Source: a virus
Lineage: Duplodnaviria; Caudoviricetes
Length of the DNA: 42,815 nt
Direction: 5' to 3' (one strand)
Virus record (IMG/VR): IMGVR_UViG_3300032243_001325
Location: 1-42,815 of that record
The notes beneath the pieces are model-generated. The model worked only from the letters and a program-made list of their open reading frames with translations, searched no databases and had not been told where the DNA came from. This document shows, piece after piece, positions 40,662 through 42,815 of this stretch. The stretch's first letter is position 1; each line of letters opens with the position of its first letter. The position numbers and the translations under genes were made by a program.

Positions 40662-42421
40662 TACACATTAAGAATTTGACTGTGAAGAATTTCATGAGTG
40701 TGGGCAACAGCACTCAGGCCATAGACTTCGATCGCAAGGACTTGACGCTTGTGTTGGGTGAAAATCTTGACCTTGGCGGTGACGGGTCAAGAAATGGCAC
40801 TGGAAAGACCACCATAATCAATGCACTCAGCTACAGCCTATATGGACAAGCCCTGAGCAATATTCGCAAAGACAATCTGGTCAACAAGACCAACAACAAA
40901 AACATGCTGGTCAGTTTGGATTTTAGTGTGGGTGGCCGAGAGTATCGCATTGAACGTGGTCGCAAGCCCAATGTCTTGAGATTTTTCGTGGACAATCAAG
41001 CACAGGTCTCTACCGATGAAGCACAGGGTGACAGTCGTGAAACCCAGGATGCTATCGAGCAGACTCTGGGTCTCAGCCACGACATGTTCAAACATATTCT
41101 GGCACTAAACACCTATACAGAACCGTTCCTGAGCCTCAAGGCCAATGATCAGCGTACCATCATTGAACAGTTGCTGGGCATTACCATGCTGAGTGAACGT
41201 GCTGATCGAATCAAAGAACATAATCGGCAAACCAAAGATGCTATCACACAAGAAGAATTTCGTATTCGTGCTGTGCAAGAAGCCAACCGGCGTATCGAAG
41301 AACAGATAGAATCGCTCAGACGCAGACAAACCCTATGGACAACCAAACATGGCCAAGATATCCAAGAACTTGAGAAAGCCCTGGCGGCGCTACAAAATAT
41401 TGAAATTGAAGCGGAAATTCAAGCGCACAAGGATCACAAGTCATGGGATCAGCGGCGCAAGGATATCAATGAACTATCGAGCCAGATCTCACGAGTCAAA
41501 CTGGATGTCAGTAGGGAAGACAAGCTGGCAACCAAATTATCAAAAGAAATTGAAACGCTCGAAGCTCATGAATGTCATACGTGCGGGCAGGCCTTCCACG
41601 ACGAAAAGCACCAACACGTCTTGGCGGCGAAACAGGCAGATCTGGCAGGAGCACGAACGAGCAGCGCAGAATATAGCACTGTCTTATCAGAGCTGGAGAC
41701 TGCCCACACGGCCCTGGGCCAGTTAGGCCGACCACCCAAGATGTTCTACGACAACGAGTCAGATGCTATCCAACATCAGGCCACCATGGCCAGTTTAGAA
41801 CAGCAAATTGCCAACAAGTCAGCCGAAACAGACCCATACGAAGAACAGATTGCAGAAATGACCGGCCAGGCCCTGCAGGAAATCACGTATGATACACTCA
41901 ATGATCTAACACGCCTACAGGAGCATCAAGAATTCCTGCTCAAGTTATTGACCAGCAAAGACAGCTTCATTCGTAAGAAAATCATTGAACAGAATCTCAG
42001 TTATCTCAATGCCAGACTCACGCACTATCTAGATCGTATTGGCCTGCCGCATACTGTGGTGTTCCAAAACGACTTGACTGTCAGCATCGAAGAACTGGGC
42101 AGAGAACTGGACTTTGATAACTTATCTAGAGGTGAACGCAATCGATTGATACTGAGCATGAGCTGGGCGTTCCGAGATGTGTTTGAAAGTCTGTACCAGC
42201 CGATCAATGTGTTGTTTATAGACGAAATGATTGACTCGGGTCTAGATACCCAGGGTGTGGAGAATGCGTTAGCCTTGCTCAAGCACATGAGCCGAGAACG
42301 TCACAAGAGTATCTGGCTAGTAAGTCATAGAGACGAACTCAGTGGTCGTGTGGAAAATATTCTCAAGGTAGTCAAGGAAGGTGGATTTACATCGTACAAT
42401 ACCGACGTAGAAATTGTATAG
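40658..42421 (+). CDS. gp46: Recombination ATPase subunit gp46 (Rad50/SbcC-like)
   Basis: KNFMSVG, Walker A NGTGKTT, coiled coils with CHTC zinc hook, LSRGE signature, FIDE Walker B, VSH. Confidence 0.94.
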   Translation: MIHIKNLTVKNFMSVGNSTQAIDFDRKDLTLVLGENLDLGGDGSRNGTGKTTIINALSYSLYGQALSNIRKDNLVNKTNNKNMLVSLDFSVGGREYRIERGRKPNVLRFFVDNQAQVSTDEAQGDSRETQDAIEQTLGLSHDMFKHILALNTYTEPFLSLKANDQRTIIEQLLGITMLSERADRIKEHNRQTKDAITQEEFRIRAVQEANRRIEEQIESLRRRQTLWTTKHGQDIQELEKALAALQNIEIEAEIQAHKDHKSWDQRRKDINELSSQISRVKLDVSREDKLATKLSKEIETLEAHECHTCGQAFHDEKHQHVLAAKQADLAGARTSSAEYSTVLSELETAHTALGQLGRPPKMFYDNESDAIQHQATMASLEQQIANKSAETDPYEEQIAEMTGQALQEITYDTLNDLTRLQEHQEFLLKLLTSKDSFIRKKIIEQNLSYLNARLTHYLDRIGLPHTVVFQNDLTVSIEELGRELDFDNLSRGERNRLILSMSWAFRDVFESLYQPINVLFIDEMIDSGLDTQGVENALALLKHMSRERHKSIWLVSHRDELSGRVENILKVVKEGGFTSYNTDVEIV

Positions 42422-42450
42422 GAATTGAATAATATGATAACTACTAGTCC

Positions 42451-42815
42451 ATGGTATGGCTGTACGAAAACACCCAAATTTCTGAACTACCCGAAGATTG
42501 TGTCGGATTTGTTTATTTGATCACAAATAACGTGTCCGGTAGGCGGTATATTGGAAAAAAATTAGCAAAATTTAGCAAGACAACATACAAGGTAGTAAAA
42601 CTCAAGAACGGCAACAAGAAGAGAAAACGAATCAGAACTAAAATAGACTCAGACTGGCAACTATACTATGGTTCAAACGATCAACTCAACCGAGACATTG
42701 CAGAGCTAGGCTCAGACAACTTCACTAGAGAAATATTATTTTATTGTAAAAGCAAGGCAGAATGCAGTTATATAGAAGCTAGAGAACAATTCAATCATAG
42801 AGTATTAGAATCAGA
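42451..42815 (+). CDS. GIY-YIG family endonuclease (Seg-like), truncated by window edge
   Basis: MVWLYEN...GFVYLITNNVSGRRYIGKK...SDWQLYYGS...FTREIL...YIEAREQF; not in ORF track. Confidence 0.8.
   Translation, partial: MVWLYENTQISELPEDCVGFVYLITNNVSGRRYIGKKLAKFSKTTYKVVKLKNGNKKRKRIRTKIDSDWQLYYGSNDQLNRDIAELGSDNFTREILFYCKSKAECSYIEAREQFNHRVLES

Noticed and set aside
1-42815. Stop-codon reassignment as in some large phages
   Set aside because: Genes tile densely in code 11, and TAA, TGA and TAG all end bona fide genes.

Overview
The window is a 42.8-kb piece of a large T4-related (Caudoviricetes, myovirus-type) phage genome. It reads in genetic code 11 with no sign of recoding. (1) 1-8.3 kb (+): an early/accessory region. 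A MoxR-type AAA ATPase (3' end only) and its usual HExxH-vWA (DUF2201-like) partner are separated by a translationally coupled array of about nine small, very divergent paralogous ORFs. These share a C-terminal F-x-[DSN]-[EP]-x-D-[AY]-x-x-F-x-L-[RK]-[WF] motif, and a ROK sugar kinase lies among them. Further small ORFs, a tenth paralog and a TagD-like cytidylyltransferase follow. (2) 8.3-38.6 kb (-): small ORFs, then the tail/baseplate module: a tail fibre with an S74 chaperone, a 4750-aa giant structural protein, gp6, gp25, gp5-like, a split hub-like pair, gp53 and gp48/54-like. Several of these genes have an upstream TAAATA late-promoter motif. (3) 38.7-42.8 kb (+): gp55 late sigma factor, gp47/gp46 (Mre11/Rad50) and a partial GIY-YIG nuclease. 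The best candidate for an undescribed system is the paralog cassette array between the AAA ATPase and the peptidase-vWA gene, preceded by a tRNA-like mini-structure. All family calls come from motif recognition by eye; no searches were run.
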